Counted from the first letter of the stretch, positions 10,034-19,427 are shown. The stretch: 64,000 bases of DNA from a virus (IMGVR_UViG_3300029186_000001), one strand, 5' to 3'. Translations and numbers: made by a program. The notes: generated by a model not told the origin, from the sequence alone.

Positions 10034-11268
10034 TTCGCCTCCTGCGGCGGTTCTGGTAGAGGCATCCAGTGAGTTACATGTGCCCCGTAATGATTCCAGA
10101 ACGACGCAACTGGCGCACTGTCTCCATCAGGGACAACCCAGTAATCGTGATGAACTTTATTATTAAGCCCATCAAACACCAGATACTCTTTACAACTTCC
10201 GGGAATGTTCTCAGGCATTCGCTCACTACAGCTTATCCAACCATCCGGAATTACCGGATAGTTGCCAGCCAGTCTACGCAAAACAGCCTTAACAGCCTCA
10301 ATACGGTCATCATCGCAATTTTCCAGCGTATCTATGCGGTCGAGCATGATGATGGCGTTATCAATATCAGGATTGCCAGTCCACTCATTATCGCGATTGG
10401 ATTCGGCAGCCTGGTTGCCAGATGCTGGCTGATTGTCGGCTTGGCTATAGCTAACAGCACGGCAGGCATCCTCTACGCCTTTAACTGCATCTGCACAGTA
10501 GTTATAGCGATTGCATTCCACTAACTTCTGCTTGAGATTTTCAATTGCTTGCGCGACATCAGCCTGTATTTCTGGAACTGGCGGAACGGCTGTCTGCTGC
10601 TCTCGAACGTCATTAGCCGCTATCGGTTCTGCTGCCAACTGACTGGCATATTTGTTAATGGTAACGATAAGCTCTTGCTCAGCCTCATCCAGACAATCAC
10701 CGATACCTCGCCTGTCACCGTCAAAATCATCGAAATCGGCACGAATCCTGGCAACCTTCAGGATTGCGGACAACACCTCACTAGGAATTGCCGGATAGTT
10801 GGTTGACGTTTCCGCGATTTCCCGAAAATTATTGGTTGACGAATTCTTGTTTTCCCGAAAGTTTCCGGACTGAAGCATGGCGGCGCGGCAGGCGTTCCAT
10901 ATTTCGGCAGCAATATCGCGCTCGCTATCGGTTAATTTGTACGTTGAAACATAGCCAGAGAGCATTTCTACGTTTTCCGGAGTTGCTTCTTCAGGCACTA
11001 CCGGTGCTGGAGGGGCGGCGTAAATGCCCTCTATCACTAAATGTTTGCGCTCAAAATCATCTGGCTCTCGATGATATACGTAACTCCAATCACCAAGGTT
11101 ATCATTGCGCCTGCAACGGAAACCTATCGGCTCTGCTTCCAGCGATGCCAGAGCAATTCGTGCCAGTTCTTCCGCTTCTTCTGCTGGCAGTACAACGTTG
11201 CTACCAGGTCCGTATGTTTCGCGCCACTGCCTGATTGTCAGCAGTCGCTCTTTGGTAATAGTGGTCAT
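10030..11268 (-). CDS. Hypothetical protein with DUF551-like C-terminus (412 aa)
   Basis: C-terminal YWVVPDG...HWMPLPEPP resembles the DUF551 phage family; internal repeated GNYP-IP motifs. Confidence 0.55.
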   Translation of the reverse strand: MTTITKERLLTIRQWRETYGPGSNVVLPAEEAEELARIALASLEAEPIGFRCRRNDNLGDWSYVYHREPDDFERKHLVIEGIYAAPPAPVVPEEATPENVEMLSGYVSTYKLTDSERDIAAEIWNACRAAMLQSGNFRENKNSSTNNFREIAETSTNYPAIPSEVLSAILKVARIRADFDDFDGDRRGIGDCLDEAEQELIVTINKYASQLAAEPIAANDVREQQTAVPPVPEIQADVAQAIENLKQKLVECNRYNYCADAVKGVEDACRAVSYSQADNQPASGNQAAESNRDNEWTGNPDIDNAIIMLDRIDTLENCDDDRIEAVKAVLRRLAGNYPVIPDGWISCSERMPENIPGSCKEYLVFDGLNNKVHHDYWVVPDGDSAPVASFWNHYGAHVTHWMPLPEPPQEAK

Positions 11269-11278
11269 GTGTTAGTCC

Positions 11279-11542
11279 TTATCCTGCTGTACTTTCAACT
11301 GATGAGGGGAATAAAATCTTTTCATCAAATCCGGCATTCATATCATGAACAGCAACACACCAATCCATTGACGAACGATTATCAAGAGCCTCCATGATTT
11401 CATCCATGCGGCGCAGGTCATACAGGTAAATGCTTTTATCGCCAATGGTGTAAAAACCAATTTTTTTCGGTGATGGGCAGCGATCAAGAACGTCCTGTAA
11501 TTCGCTCAACCATGCTTGTTCTTTTTTTGTCAAAGTTGCCAT
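11279..11542 (-). CDS. Hypothetical protein (88 aa from ATG at 11542)
   Basis: AAGGAGAG RBS before the internal ATG; the listed 101-aa ORF would overlap the upstream gene. Confidence 0.5.
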   Translation of the reverse strand: MATLTKKEQAWLSELQDVLDRCPSPKKIGFYTIGDKSIYLYDLRRMDEIMEALDNRSSMDWCVAVHDMNAGFDEKILFPSSVESTAG

Positions 11543-11543
11543 A

Positions 11544-12101
11544 TCACTCTCCTTTGATGCCAATGCCAGCGGCGCGGGAATCATCCCATCGCTTTACTTC
11601 TTCACGAATTACGTCAATGCATTCTTTCGAATCCATTAGGTAATCTTCATCAAAAAGACGTTCCTGTTCGTTTTCTATCGCAACAATGATTGCTTCAACT
11701 AACTTTTGTGCCTGAGAACCACTTTCTAACTCTGCTATGCGCTTACTCCCATCAGAGATAACACCTTCGTAATACTCACGCTGCTCGTTGAGTTTTGATT
11801 TTGCTGCTTCCAGCTCAACGCGCAACTTCCCTACCGTTAGTGCAATATCCTCGTTCTCCTGGTCGCGGGATTTGATGTATTGCTGGTTCCTTTCCCGTTC
11901 ATCCAGTAGTGCCAAAGCAATCTTTGGATTAAAGGCAGCAATAAATTCAGCGTTGTTTTTCAGAACGTGTTGCGCAATGGCCTGACTACTTAGTCGGACC
12001 TCATAACCACGTGCGCCACGGTGTGGTTTATATGAGTCCCAGTCTCCCCACGTTGCCTTCTCTGCCGCCTCACGCAGTGCCTGATAGTCAATCTTGTTCA
12101 T
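11544..12101 (-). CDS. Ead/Ea22-like protein (185 aa)
   Basis: N-terminus MNKIDYQALREAAEKAT typical of lambdoid Ead/Ea22-like proteins; paralogous to the 241-aa ORF. Confidence 0.6.
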   Translation of the reverse strand: MNKIDYQALREAAEKATWGDWDSYKPHRGARGYEVRLSSQAIAQHVLKNNAEFIAAFNPKIALALLDERERNQQYIKSRDQENEDIALTVGKLRVELEAAKSKLNEQREYYEGVISDGSKRIAELESGSQAQKLVEAIIVAIENEQERLFDEDYLMDSKECIDVIREEVKRWDDSRAAGIGIKGE

Positions 12102-12102
12102 G

Positions 12103-12435
12103 TCACATCACCCTGAATCCGTTGCATTTACGTAAGAAATCGCAGATATAGCCCTTCATTTTTTCATGCCAATCTCGATCATTCCCATTGCACCAACCAT
12201 CAGGTGGAGTCCAGTTTTCTATCAGAGCAGCCATTTTCTTTGCTTTCGCCGGAGTAGCTGTTGCGGTATCGCAGTAATGACGAGTGTCAACCAACGCATC
12301 CATACCATCGATATCAAGTACGCAAAACCATGTGTGATTCGGAATTCCTACAGGTGGTATTTGTTGCCCACGTCGACGTTTATCAATAAGATATACACTC
12401 ACTGCTTGCCTCCTTTGCGAATCTGTTCCGCCCAT
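12103..12435 (-). CDS. Hypothetical protein (110 aa or shorter, start uncertain)
   Basis: ORF overlapping the 3-prime end of the upstream gene by 37 nt; a downstream internal start is possible. Confidence 0.35.
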   Translation of the reverse strand: MGGTDSQRRQAVSVYLIDKRRRGQQIPPVGIPNHTWFCVLDIDGMDALVDTRHYCDTATATPAKAKKMAALIENWTPPDGWCNGNDRDWHEKMKGYICDFLRKCNGFRVM

Positions 12436-13124
12436 TCTTCAAGGGATTTCTCCGCATATTCACCGGACAGGCCATCAATCGGATGCGGTTCATTAGCCAA
12501 CTCTTCTTTCGCTGACAAAATCATGCGTGTAACGTCGAAAACTTCACGCAAAGATTTATTGATAAATCCGTGATTGAACGCAGCAGCAAGACGGCTGGCG
12601 GTATAGTTAATCCCCTCGTTGCGTGCTTCCGCACGAATTTCAGCCAGAAAAGCATCGGTGGCTGAAATATTTCCTGTTGCCTTCATGGCCCCCAAAATAA
12701 CCAGAACGCCATCTCGCCCAACCTCCTCAGCGATAACCTCGGTGTTGTCGCCAACAACATCGCAGAATGCCTGAACTGCCTTACGAGCCAGCTCATTCTC
12801 CGCCGCCAGCGCCGCGCACTTGGCCTCAAGAGCGGCAACCACTTCCTGATGGTCTTTGTACTTAACGTATGAGCCGGAGATGTCATCACCTTCGGTGTTT
12901 AGCCATGCGTCATTGCAATTCACTGCGTAGGTTCTGATGCTCATGTTGATGCTCTCCCGCCCCTGACAGACGCTAGGCCAGTCAATAAAGTATCCGCAAT
13001 GCCTACCCTCAGACGTGCGCGCAGGATAAATGCCGTTATGACCCGGCAAAATATATGCTACCCATTCATCTTGCGTTGCCTGTTTCGCCGCCTCGCGCAG
13101 TTCTTTATAGTTAATTTCGCTCAC
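12399..13124 (-). CDS. Ead/Ea22-like protein (241 aa)
   Basis: N-terminus MSEINYKELREAAKQAT; C-terminal IRKGGKQ shared with the adjacent 79-aa ORF. Confidence 0.6.
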   Translation of the reverse strand: MSEINYKELREAAKQATQDEWVAYILPGHNGIYPARTSEGRHCGYFIDWPSVCQGRESINMSIRTYAVNCNDAWLNTEGDDISGSYVKYKDHQEVVAALEAKCAALAAENELARKAVQAFCDVVGDNTEVIAEEVGRDGVLVILGAMKATGNISATDAFLAEIRAEARNEGINYTASRLAAAFNHGFINKSLREVFDVTRMILSAKEELANEPHPIDGLSGEYAEKSLEEWAEQIRKGGKQ

Positions 13125-13360
13125 TGGTTGCCTCCTTTACGGATCTGCGCTGCGATGCGCGAAAAAAAAGACTCCCGCGTATGACTGTTAAGAGCTGGCG
13201 CGAACGCTGCGTTAAGAACAGCAGCATCACAGCCGTCATCAATATAGAGCGCAATTTTTTTCTCCAGGCGCGCTTTGGCTTCCTGCAACTGCATACCCCG
13301 GCACGCACGCGGGATATAATCAGCAATTTGAGCGATAGCCTTTTCGTTCTGTTTAAACAT
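13121..13360 (-). CDS. Hypothetical protein (79 aa) with shared C-terminal motif
   Basis: Ends IRKGGNQ, matching the end of the 241-aa paralog; start overlaps upstream stop. Confidence 0.5.
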   Translation of the reverse strand: MFKQNEKAIAQIADYIPRACRGMQLQEAKARLEKKIALYIDDGCDAAVLNAAFAPALNSHTRESFFSRIAAQIRKGGNQ

Positions 13361-13556
13361 GCTTCACCTCGATAGGCTTGATGGTGTCTAACAGCAGTCG
13401 GCGGCGCGTATTTTCTGCAAAATGGCGGCGTCCAGTTTCTTTGTGGTAAAACTCGTTTTTGCCGACGACCCACATCCGCTCTGTTTGGTGCAGTTTTTTT
13501 ACCTGCGGACCGTCTTTGGTGATCACGGTGCCGGTATGGGTTTTTACGATTGTCAT
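13353..13556 (-). CDS. Hypothetical protein (67 aa)
   Basis: ORF in operon context. Confidence 0.4.
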   Translation of the reverse strand: MTIVKTHTGTVITKDGPQVKKLHQTERMWVVGKNEFYHKETGRRHFAENTRRRLLLDTIKPIEVKHV

Positions 13557-13639
13557 GCCACTACCTATTCGAACAGATGAACGAGACAGGCCGATGCTCG
13601 TCCACCTGAAAAACTGACGATTTGATGCATACTCACGGT

Positions 13640-14368
13640 TTATTCCTGAATGCGCTTAAACTCGATTACCCACACCCAGGGATTAGCGTTCCAGCTTTCT
13701 TCACCATAGATGGATTCCCACAGACGCTGGAACGCAACCTTGGCCATTGCGAAATCCCCCTTGGGAGTAAGGAATGTTCCCGGGTGATCAGGAAGCAAAC
13801 TTCCAGCAGGCGGAACGCCCTCATCCCTTGCATCGCATTCGCTGATATCGTTCAACCGCTCAACGCGCACGTTGGTAATTTCCAACAGGATGCGTGATGC
13901 CCATCGCGGCATGTGAATTGATGGACGCCACCCACCATCAAACTTTTCATTCACAGTGTGAGGTTTCCAGTCGGCATCATCGGGTATCGACCATAAACCG
14001 TAATCACCAGGCTTTTGCTCACAACTGGCCCGATAAATCCTTGCTGCGTTCTTCTCATCGCCACGACAAAGGTTGTCGTTCCAGTCCACACTGCAACCAT
14101 CTTCATTGCCTAATATCGCCCATGTTTCACGAACCCAAATTCGATCGCCGACGATACCAAAGGGGCAATTGAAAACACTGCTTACACCATCAGCCCCGTA
14201 CCACTGAAAACCTGCACCAATTTCCCTAACCATCACTGGTGCTTCTGGACCAACTTCCGCAGGCTGATTTTTCATTATCCGCCGCGTCTGCGTTTTCCTT
14301 CCTTCGAGGATGGCTCGGACCATCTCATCGTTGAAAATCATGCCGCGCTCTTTCACTTCGCCTTTCAT
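13640..14368 (-). CDS. ASCH/PUA-like domain protein candidate (242 aa)
   Basis: N-terminal MIFNDEMVRAILEGRKTQTRR resembles ASCH-domain phage proteins; AAGGGGGG RBS. Confidence 0.5.
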   Translation of the reverse strand: MKGEVKERGMIFNDEMVRAILEGRKTQTRRIMKNQPAEVGPEAPVMVREIGAGFQWYGADGVSSVFNCPFGIVGDRIWVRETWAILGNEDGCSVDWNDNLCRGDEKNAARIYRASCEQKPGDYGLWSIPDDADWKPHTVNEKFDGGWRPSIHMPRWASRILLEITNVRVERLNDISECDARDEGVPPAGSLLPDHPGTFLTPKGDFAMAKVAFQRLWESIYGEESWNANPWVWVIEFKRIQE

Positions 14369-14377
14369 GCACCCCCC

Positions 14378-14464
14378 TTACCCATGCGCGACGATGCCGC
14401 CAAAAGTGATAGAGAACAGCCAGAAATAGATCGCGGCCATAATGATTTTGAATGCCGTGTTCAT
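14378..14464 (-). CDS. Small hydrophobic leader peptide (28 aa)
   Basis: MNTAFKIIMAAIYFWLFSITFGGIVAHG with AGGAG RBS; its stop codon lies inside the RBS of the 242-aa gene. Confidence 0.3.
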   Translation of the reverse strand: MNTAFKIIMAAIYFWLFSITFGGIVAHG

Positions 14465-14546
14465 ATTTTCAGCTCCTGTGATTGATTGGATACATGCCGC
14501 GCCTTGCGGCATGTTTTTATTTTCACTTTCTCTGTTTTAAAAATCA

Positions 14547-14563
14547 ATATTTATTAGAGCAAT
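14547..14563 (-). promoter_or_regulatory. C1 operator-like 17-mer (16/17 to consensus)
   Basis: ATATTTATTAGAGCAAT on plus strand; ~85 nt upstream of the 28-aa peptide ORF. Confidence 0.55.
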
Positions 14564-15069
14564 TATTGTTGGTGGAGAAGCGCGTTTTCATACTCCCTGA
14601 CCATTAACGTAAGTACGCCGTGACTCCTGAAAACACGCGCCACTTCAATCTTATCTTCCAGCGCGAACGCAATTTTACTTAGACCAATTTTCTTCAGGAG
14701 ATCAATCTTTGCTGGACCGTCATTTCTGTCATCGGTGGCAGGACGCATAGATAGCAAAGGCTCAGCCCCGTTTGTTACGTACTTCCGCAGCCAGGCTCGT
14801 GTTTTATCCCTTGCGATCTCACAGCGCCCGGTTACAAACCAGACCGTGTAAACGTTAAATAACTGGCGCACCATATCAATAACCGGAGTGATGGGAGTAT
14901 CGGTGTCACAGGCGAGATTAAACTCGTTCCAGTCCTTTGTTAATGCACCTTTACCTGGTGGCGGAAGCAAATGCAGTCTGTCTTCAGTTGCCTCTGATAT
15001 TGTTCCATCAATATCGACTATGACGATATACGGACGTTCCTGGTGTGCGTGTTTATTGAAAATACTCAA
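14563..15069 (-). CDS. HAD-superfamily phosphatase-like protein (168 aa)
   Basis: N-terminal IVIVDIDGT (DxDxT) motif typical of HAD phosphatases. Confidence 0.55.
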   Translation of the reverse strand: MSIFNKHAHQERPYIVIVDIDGTISEATEDRLHLLPPPGKGALTKDWNEFNLACDTDTPITPVIDMVRQLFNVYTVWFVTGRCEIARDKTRAWLRKYVTNGAEPLLSMRPATDDRNDGPAKIDLLKKIGLSKIAFALEDKIEVARVFRSHGVLTLMVREYENALLHQQ

Positions 15070-15141
15070 ATGCCCTCCTCATTGGACGAAAAAAATGCTG
15101 GTGGGCGCACTCCACCAGCATTAAAAGTGACGCTGTAACTA

Positions 15142-16404
15142 TCAGCGGACGTAAATAGTGCCGCCGTTCTCTTTTTCCCATGCATCGCTACGTGCATAGC
15201 AAACATCGAGAAGTCTTCTTGCCGCTGTTTCCTCTAAACCCAATTCGACAACCAACTGCTCATGACGGCGGGTAACCACATCAAACAGGGTATGCAACCC
15301 TTTAGTTGCCAGATCATCAATGAATTCCGGTTCGAACGGCAGCTCTGCATCTGCCAACATAACCTCTTGCGCCCACTCAACTCGACGGACCAATTCCGGG
15401 CGGCGGCTTTCCATCTCTTTACAGATCAATTCATGGAAGAACTCTACCCAACCTTCCGGCTGGAACTCGCGGAAAATTGCCAACGGCTGGAAGTTTGGCA
15501 TCAACCATTCGTTGATTCGGATATCAATGGCATAGCCCATGTCGCAGCAGAACTGATAAGCAAAGTCCAGCTTAGAAACGATATAAGGACGCTCGTTATT
15601 GAACTCTTTAGGCGATGAGATCCCATAAGCCAGGAGGCGCGGGAAGAAGGAGATTTGCCCTAACGTCGGATGAAGTTTGCTTGCAGGGAAACGGCGCTCA
15701 GTAATGCCATACATTTCCTTCTTGAGCGTCGCAAATTTGGCATTCTCATTAACCAGCGCGGTAACCTCTGCTTTTTTATTAGCAAATGCCACGCGCGCTT
15801 CGCTTGCATCTTTAATAGTTTTTTTGAGCTGTTGGTTAAGGTCGGCGACCTGCTTACGCAGTTCCTGTCGCTCGCTTTTAGCTTTGTTATAGCGTTTCTC
15901 AAGGTTAAAAGGATCAAGTTTCATGATCTCTTTATATTGAGATTTTAGCGTTGAAATCTGTGAGTTCCGCAGTTCAACCATCGCGGTCATTTCATTGAGT
16001 TTTGTTTCCAGCTCAATGCTTATACGTTCGGCATTATCAGCACGCTGGTTGGCGTCATGCGTCGCATTGTCGATCGCGTCCTGTTGCTGGCGTTTCAAAT
16101 GTTCAATTTGTAGCTGAAGCTCTTCAATTTCTTTACCCTTCAGACCGAGATCCAACTGCATATTTTCAGCTGCATCTACCAGGGAGTTATGGCTATCAGC
16201 TTCTGCGTTATAAACATCAATAAGCTGTGCGTGAAGCATCTCCGCTGACTGAACCGCATTATCAAAAAAACGCGCTGTGAGGTCATCACAACTAACGCGG
16301 CGTTGCGCGGCCCGGATGTTCTGGATAATGGCCGGGATACCGGCATTCAGGACGTCAGGGATAGATACATTTTCGATTGATTGGTTTTGTGCTGAAGTGA
16401 TCAT
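15142..16404 (-). CDS. Coiled-coil protein (420 aa)
   Basis: Long heptad-rich N-terminal half; start coupled to stop of the 72-aa ORF. Confidence 0.6.
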   Translation of the reverse strand: MITSAQNQSIENVSIPDVLNAGIPAIIQNIRAAQRRVSCDDLTARFFDNAVQSAEMLHAQLIDVYNAEADSHNSLVDAAENMQLDLGLKGKEIEELQLQIEHLKRQQQDAIDNATHDANQRADNAERISIELETKLNEMTAMVELRNSQISTLKSQYKEIMKLDPFNLEKRYNKAKSERQELRKQVADLNQQLKKTIKDASEARVAFANKKAEVTALVNENAKFATLKKEMYGITERRFPASKLHPTLGQISFFPRLLAYGISSPKEFNNERPYIVSKLDFAYQFCCDMGYAIDIRINEWLMPNFQPLAIFREFQPEGWVEFFHELICKEMESRRPELVRRVEWAQEVMLADAELPFEPEFIDDLATKGLHTLFDVVTRRHEQLVVELGLEETAARRLLDVCYARSDAWEKENGGTIYVR

Positions 16405-16405
16405 T

Positions 16406-16624
16406 TCAAAGTTCCGTATTAGCTTGTGCTTCGGTCATTTTTCCTAAGTATGAAGGAGGAAGGACTACGCAATTTGTATCCAGTCCCTCACCTATGGCAG
16501 CCTGTAAAATTCTGGCTAAGGTGAGTCTCTTGTTGCGATACCTGGTGATGACATGCCTGATACCGCCGGTCGGCGTAACAAAGGCGATCAGCCAGTAGTG
16601 ATATTTCCGTCGGAATGGCCACAT
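16406..16624 (-). CDS. Small protein (72 aa)
   Basis: First ORF downstream of the dual C1-operator region. Confidence 0.45.
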   Translation of the reverse strand: MWPFRRKYHYWLIAFVTPTGGIRHVITRYRNKRLTLARILQAAIGEGLDTNCVVLPPSYLGKMTEAQANTEL

Positions 16625-16638
16625 AGTGCACCTTGTAG

Positions 16639-16655
16639 ATTGCTCTAATAAAAAA
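16639..16655 (+). promoter_or_regulatory. C1 operator-like 17-mer ATTGCTCTAATAAAAAA
   Basis: 14/17 to consensus; one of a facing pair flanking a hairpin. Confidence 0.5.
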
Positions 16656-16676
16656 CGTGATGAGTGTACATCACGT
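16655..16676. terminator. Palindromic hairpin flanked by A and T runs (bidirectional terminator candidate)
   Basis: ACGTGATG / CATCACGT 8-bp stem with 6-nt loop, T-run on both strands. Confidence 0.45.
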
Positions 16677-16687
16677 TTTAAAAATAT

Positions 16688-16704
16688 GGAATTATTAGAG
16701 CAAT
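16688..16704 (-). promoter_or_regulatory. C1 operator-like 17-mer (GGAATTATTAGAGCAAT on plus strand)
   Basis: 14/17 to reverse-complement consensus; partner of the 16639 site. Confidence 0.5.
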
Positions 16705-16705
16705 A

Positions 16706-17407
16706 TTATTCTGATCCTCGCTCAAAAAATGAGCTGATAAGGGGGAGCCAATCCTCTGACACTTCGCGAGGTCGCGGTTTGCCGTGGAAAAAGATTATTC
16801 GGCAGTCTTTTGGTAATGCCCCATTCCCCCTGGAGTAACGCGCGCTCGCATATTTTGAACCAGGTTCCACAACATCGGCCTTGTAACTTACAAACCATCC
16901 TGGATACAGATCCTGAAATGCTGGTGTATCATCGCCCATAACCTTTCGTAAGAACCCCTGGTCACCCCAGCACTCAGTAGTGACACAACGAGAAATCCAA
17001 CCTTCCGGATCTTGCCAGAATGAACTCCAGATATGCGCTTTAACACTATTTGGTATCCACAGGGCACCGCTACCACGATATTGTGGATGGTAAAAATCCC
17101 TAAGCATGGTGAAGCTGGTTGGTGGATGCTCTAGGATTGGGCGTATATCACCGGCAATAACCGTGTCCAAATCCAGATAGAACAGATCATCGGTTATATC
17201 CGGTCGGAACAACTCGATTTTCGCCCACCAGCCACGGCACTTTTGCCACTGGTTGATCAATGGGATAACTTTGACGCCAGGTACATGTAAACACTTCAGG
17301 TCTGTCAGGCAAATAATTTCATAGTCTTTTGGCAGTTGATTAACCAGCCACTGCACATCGGAAGCGTTATAGTCACCACCAGAGCGAAGAACTAAAGCAA
17401 TCTTCAT
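16706..17407 (-). CDS. Putative nucleotide-sugar transferase-like protein (233 aa)
   Basis: DLDTVIAGD (DXD-like) motif; weak evidence. Confidence 0.4.
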   Translation of the reverse strand: MKIALVLRSGGDYNASDVQWLVNQLPKDYEIICLTDLKCLHVPGVKVIPLINQWQKCRGWWAKIELFRPDITDDLFYLDLDTVIAGDIRPILEHPPTSFTMLRDFYHPQYRGSGALWIPNSVKAHIWSSFWQDPEGWISRCVTTECWGDQGFLRKVMGDDTPAFQDLYPGWFVSYKADVVEPGSKYASARYSRGNGALPKDCRIIFFHGKPRPREVSEDWLPLISSFFERGSE

Positions 17408-18096
17408 GCTGCACCATCACCTTTCACTTTCATCAATGTCAGGTTTCCGCAAAATACGGCACCAGTGTCGATATACTGCTGATTCCAGAATGTCTTCGGG
17501 CTTTTCACCGGAGTGTGACCAAAGATAAAACGATCTGCGCCCGAAATTTCGCCACCAATATCATCCATCGAATCACTGATACGCTCGCGCGCCCAGACAA
17601 CGTTGAAAAGCGGCACCTCCTTACCGAATTGGTATTCATTATCCGGATAGTCGGCATGGGCTATAACGATAGTTTCTTGCCCGGTGTTCAACTCAATGAT
17701 ATGAGGCAATTGCCTTACCAGCTCCACCAGCGTCCTGGCTAAAACTTCCTTATCACTATCCAGCATAAAGAACCACTGACCGCCATTCATTAGCCAGTTA
17801 TTCACGTTGCCATCAGGACTTAACGCATCGAGCATCAACCGCTCATGGTTCCCCATCACTGCCCTGAACCAGGGCATCTGCAATAGTTCCAGACATTCGA
17901 CATTTTCAGTACCGCGATCGATAAGGTCGCCGACCGATATCAGTAAATCCTGCGCCGGGTCAAAATCCACACGATGGAGTTCGGACATCAGTCTGGTGTA
18001 GCAACCATGCAGATCACCAACAACCCAGACATTCCTGTATTTGGTACCGTCGATACGGTGATAAATTGTGGGTGCCATCATGTATTCTTCAGCCAT
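17404..18096 (-). CDS. Ser/Thr protein phosphatase, PP-lambda/PrpA family (230 aa)
   Basis: GDLHG, GDLIDRG and GNHE metallophosphatase motifs. Confidence 0.85.
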   Translation of the reverse strand: MAEEYMMAPTIYHRIDGTKYRNVWVVGDLHGCYTRLMSELHRVDFDPAQDLLISVGDLIDRGTENVECLELLQMPWFRAVMGNHERLMLDALSPDGNVNNWLMNGGQWFFMLDSDKEVLARTLVELVRQLPHIIELNTGQETIVIAHADYPDNEYQFGKEVPLFNVVWARERISDSMDDIGGEISGADRFIFGHTPVKSPKTFWNQQYIDTGAVFCGNLTLMKVKGDGAA

Positions 18097-18704
18097 TCTT
18101 TAAGAGTCATCTGCGGAATACCTCCCATTTTCCCGCATGAAACAACGTCAATCTGTTCACGCGCAGACTGGAATAACAAAGGCAGGTGACTTAGATTTTT
18201 TGGCGTGCCGCCGGAGTGAACGCGTAGTTCTTGCGTAGCGTCAACGCCCACCAGAGCTACATGTTTGAATCCGATATGGAAAGCCAGGTTCAGAGCACCA
18301 TATGCACTATTGCCGCTGGCAATTTCATTCTCATCTTCGCAAAGGCCGAAATGTGCGGACCAGCGCCACGCCCACCACTCGGGAGAATTCGTATTTTTTG
18401 GCTCCATGCCGCGTTCAGCCACACGACGGAAGCACAGAACGCCATCTCTGACTTCACGTTCTTTAACATCGGGTAGTGCCATGCAATAACAAACACCACG
18501 GCGACGGCGGCCACGACCAACGCGCCGCATATTGTCTGGGGATGGATCAAGGGTGAAAAAATAAGAAGCGCGGTTAAGCCAGTCGATGGCCCCATTGACC
18601 GCTATAATCGGCACTCCGCGCGGCGCAACAAAGTTTGCGGCGCTTGGGCCACTGCCGACGATAATAACGCGATCACTGCCTCTAAATTTATTCTTGGGAA
18701 ACAT
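18078..18704 (-). CDS. GSGPS-motif Rossmann-like protein, possible GT42/Maf-like glycosyltransferase (208 aa)
   Basis: VIIVGSGPS...IIAVNG...LVGVD pattern resembling sialyltransferase-like enzymes; paralog of the 220-aa ORF. Confidence 0.45.
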   Translation of the reverse strand: MFPKNKFRGSDRVIIVGSGPSAANFVAPRGVPIIAVNGAIDWLNRASYFFTLDPSPDNMRRVGRGRRRRGVCYCMALPDVKEREVRDGVLCFRRVAERGMEPKNTNSPEWWAWRWSAHFGLCEDENEIASGNSAYGALNLAFHIGFKHVALVGVDATQELRVHSGGTPKNLSHLPLLFQSAREQIDVVSCGKMGGIPQMTLKEWLKNT

Positions 18705-19264
18705 TGAATTGCACTGCTCCTACTTGCATTCAAAATATGTAAATCTGCGTGTTTTTTGCGGGTATCCAGGAACTGCTGTTGCCATTTTGAAATAGACACC
18801 TGCGTTGGATTCCGTAGTGCTTGAGGGTGCGCGCCATGCCAATGAAGGCCGTTTTGCAGAGAACAGTCATAGCCGACTAATACCACTACTTCAGCCCCTG
18901 ATTCAGCAGCCAGACTGATAGCCTGCGCGCCGCTATTTACCCCTTCCGCCGGTCCACAATATCGCCTGTACTCCAACGAAAATGATTTCGCCGCCGCCAG
19001 GTTGGCTGTCACTTTGCGGAACCTCCCTCCCGGTATGGTGGAACCGTATTGCTTCCACCATGACAAATCACCGGCGTATAAGGCATAAATGTCATCGAAC
19101 ATCTGCCAGGAATTGTTAACCGCGATGATTGAACAGCCAGTTTTTTCTATAGCAGCACAGTCCTCACGAGTGAGTGACGGACCGCTACCGACACAAAAAA
19201 CAGTCCTAGTCGCCCTGGGTGGTATGTTCATTCTCAGCTGCAAATTCAGCCTCCAGGCGAGCAT
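18602..19264 (-). CDS. GSGPS-motif Rossmann-like protein paralog (220 aa)
   Basis: VFCVGSGPSL...IIAVNN...VLVGYD; its 3-prime end overlaps the downstream paralog by ~100 nt in another frame. Confidence 0.45.
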   Translation of the reverse strand: MLAWRLNLQLRMNIPPRATRTVFCVGSGPSLTREDCAAIEKTGCSIIAVNNSWQMFDDIYALYAGDLSWWKQYGSTIPGGRFRKVTANLAAAKSFSLEYRRYCGPAEGVNSGAQAISLAAESGAEVVVLVGYDCSLQNGLHWHGAHPQALRNPTQVSISKWQQQFLDTRKKHADLHILNASRSSAIQCFPRINLEAVIALLSSAVAQAPQTLLRRAECRL

Positions 19265-19404
19265 TCATTTCAGCGATTACAGGGTCCACTACAGCATCTG
19301 TTTCCTGTTCATTACGCGGCATGACCGATGCCAGCGACTCATAATTAACCTTGGATGACACGATTATTCTCCCGATGTTAAAGTGCACTACCACAAAGAG
19401 CGCA

Positions 19405-19421
19405 CATGCACTAATTAATTT
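19405..19421 (+). promoter_or_regulatory. C1 operator-like site (13/17)
   Basis: CATGCACTAATTAATTT between the VRR-NUC gene and the GSGPS paralogs. Confidence 0.35.
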
Positions 19422-19427
19422 ATTATT

